Shown here: positions 24,197 to 24,323 of the stretch, in pieces | How positions within the stretch are numbered: the first letter of the stretch is position 1 | Layout: every line of letters begins with the position of its first letter | Assembly (NCBI GenBank): GCA_964252075.1 | Contig: CAXULY010000045.1 | Coordinates: 1 to 24,323, forward strand | DNA from: an uncultured Deinococcaceae bacterium | GTDB taxonomy: Bacteria; Deinococcota; Deinococci; Deinococcales; Deinococcaceae | DNA: 24,323 bases | Reading direction: 5' to 3' | Notes under the pieces: model-generated | What the model saw: only the letters and a program-made list of their open reading frames with translations | Database searches by the model: none | Told to the model about the DNA's origin: nothing | Position numbers and translations under genes: made by a program

Positions 24197-24323
24197 GTGA
24201 CGGCGTGCGGTCCTGCAGACGCGCGTCCACCTAGACGATGACGTGCGCTGCGTTCACGCCTTCATGGCCATACACGCCGACGGTGCTGTCCACGGTGACG
24301 CTGCTGGCGTTCGGCGCGAGCAC
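24197..24323 (-). repeat. Second copy of the eroded ORF tail; continues beyond the window
   Basis: Translates VLAPNASSVTVDSTVGVYGHEGVNAAHVIV*VDARL, homologous to 23346-23447. Confidence 0.65.

Noticed and set aside
1..24323. Integrase, transposase or IS element explaining the repeats
   Set aside because: No recombinase or transposase motifs recognised in any frame; any mobilising enzyme would have to lie outside the window.

Overview
GC-rich bacterial accessory region, very probably Deinococcus. Support: two OmpR-family regulators resemble D. radiodurans DrRRA (from recall), and many genes have a TAnnnT -10 box about 6 nt before the start codon (leaderless pattern). Left and centre: a GNAT-like acetyltransferase, a multi-GAF phytochrome-type histidine kinase, three Rcp1-like single-domain receivers each followed by a member of an uncharacterised ~73-aa protein family (plus a fourth orphan member), a hicAB toxin-antitoxin pair, an IPT/RCC1 lipoprotein, DUF3841 and DUF2726 genes and many small hypotheticals. 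Right: a decaying minus-strand prophage-like tail/lysis module (SAY-repeat tail-fibre pseudogene, 519-aa tail-spike-like gene, amber-interrupted holin-like gene, lipoprotein-like gene) with two tandem DrRRA-like regulators in it. The main candidates for novelty are (i) the repeated receiver + 73-aa protein module, one copy of which is bracketed by ~40-bp palindromic direct repeats; (ii) two tandem putative small-RNA units at 9916-10227; and (iii) a dispersed, strand-polarised multi-hairpin repeat family in the non-coding blocks. No integrase, transposase, tRNA, rRNA or CRISPR array was recognised. All family calls are by eye, without database searches.
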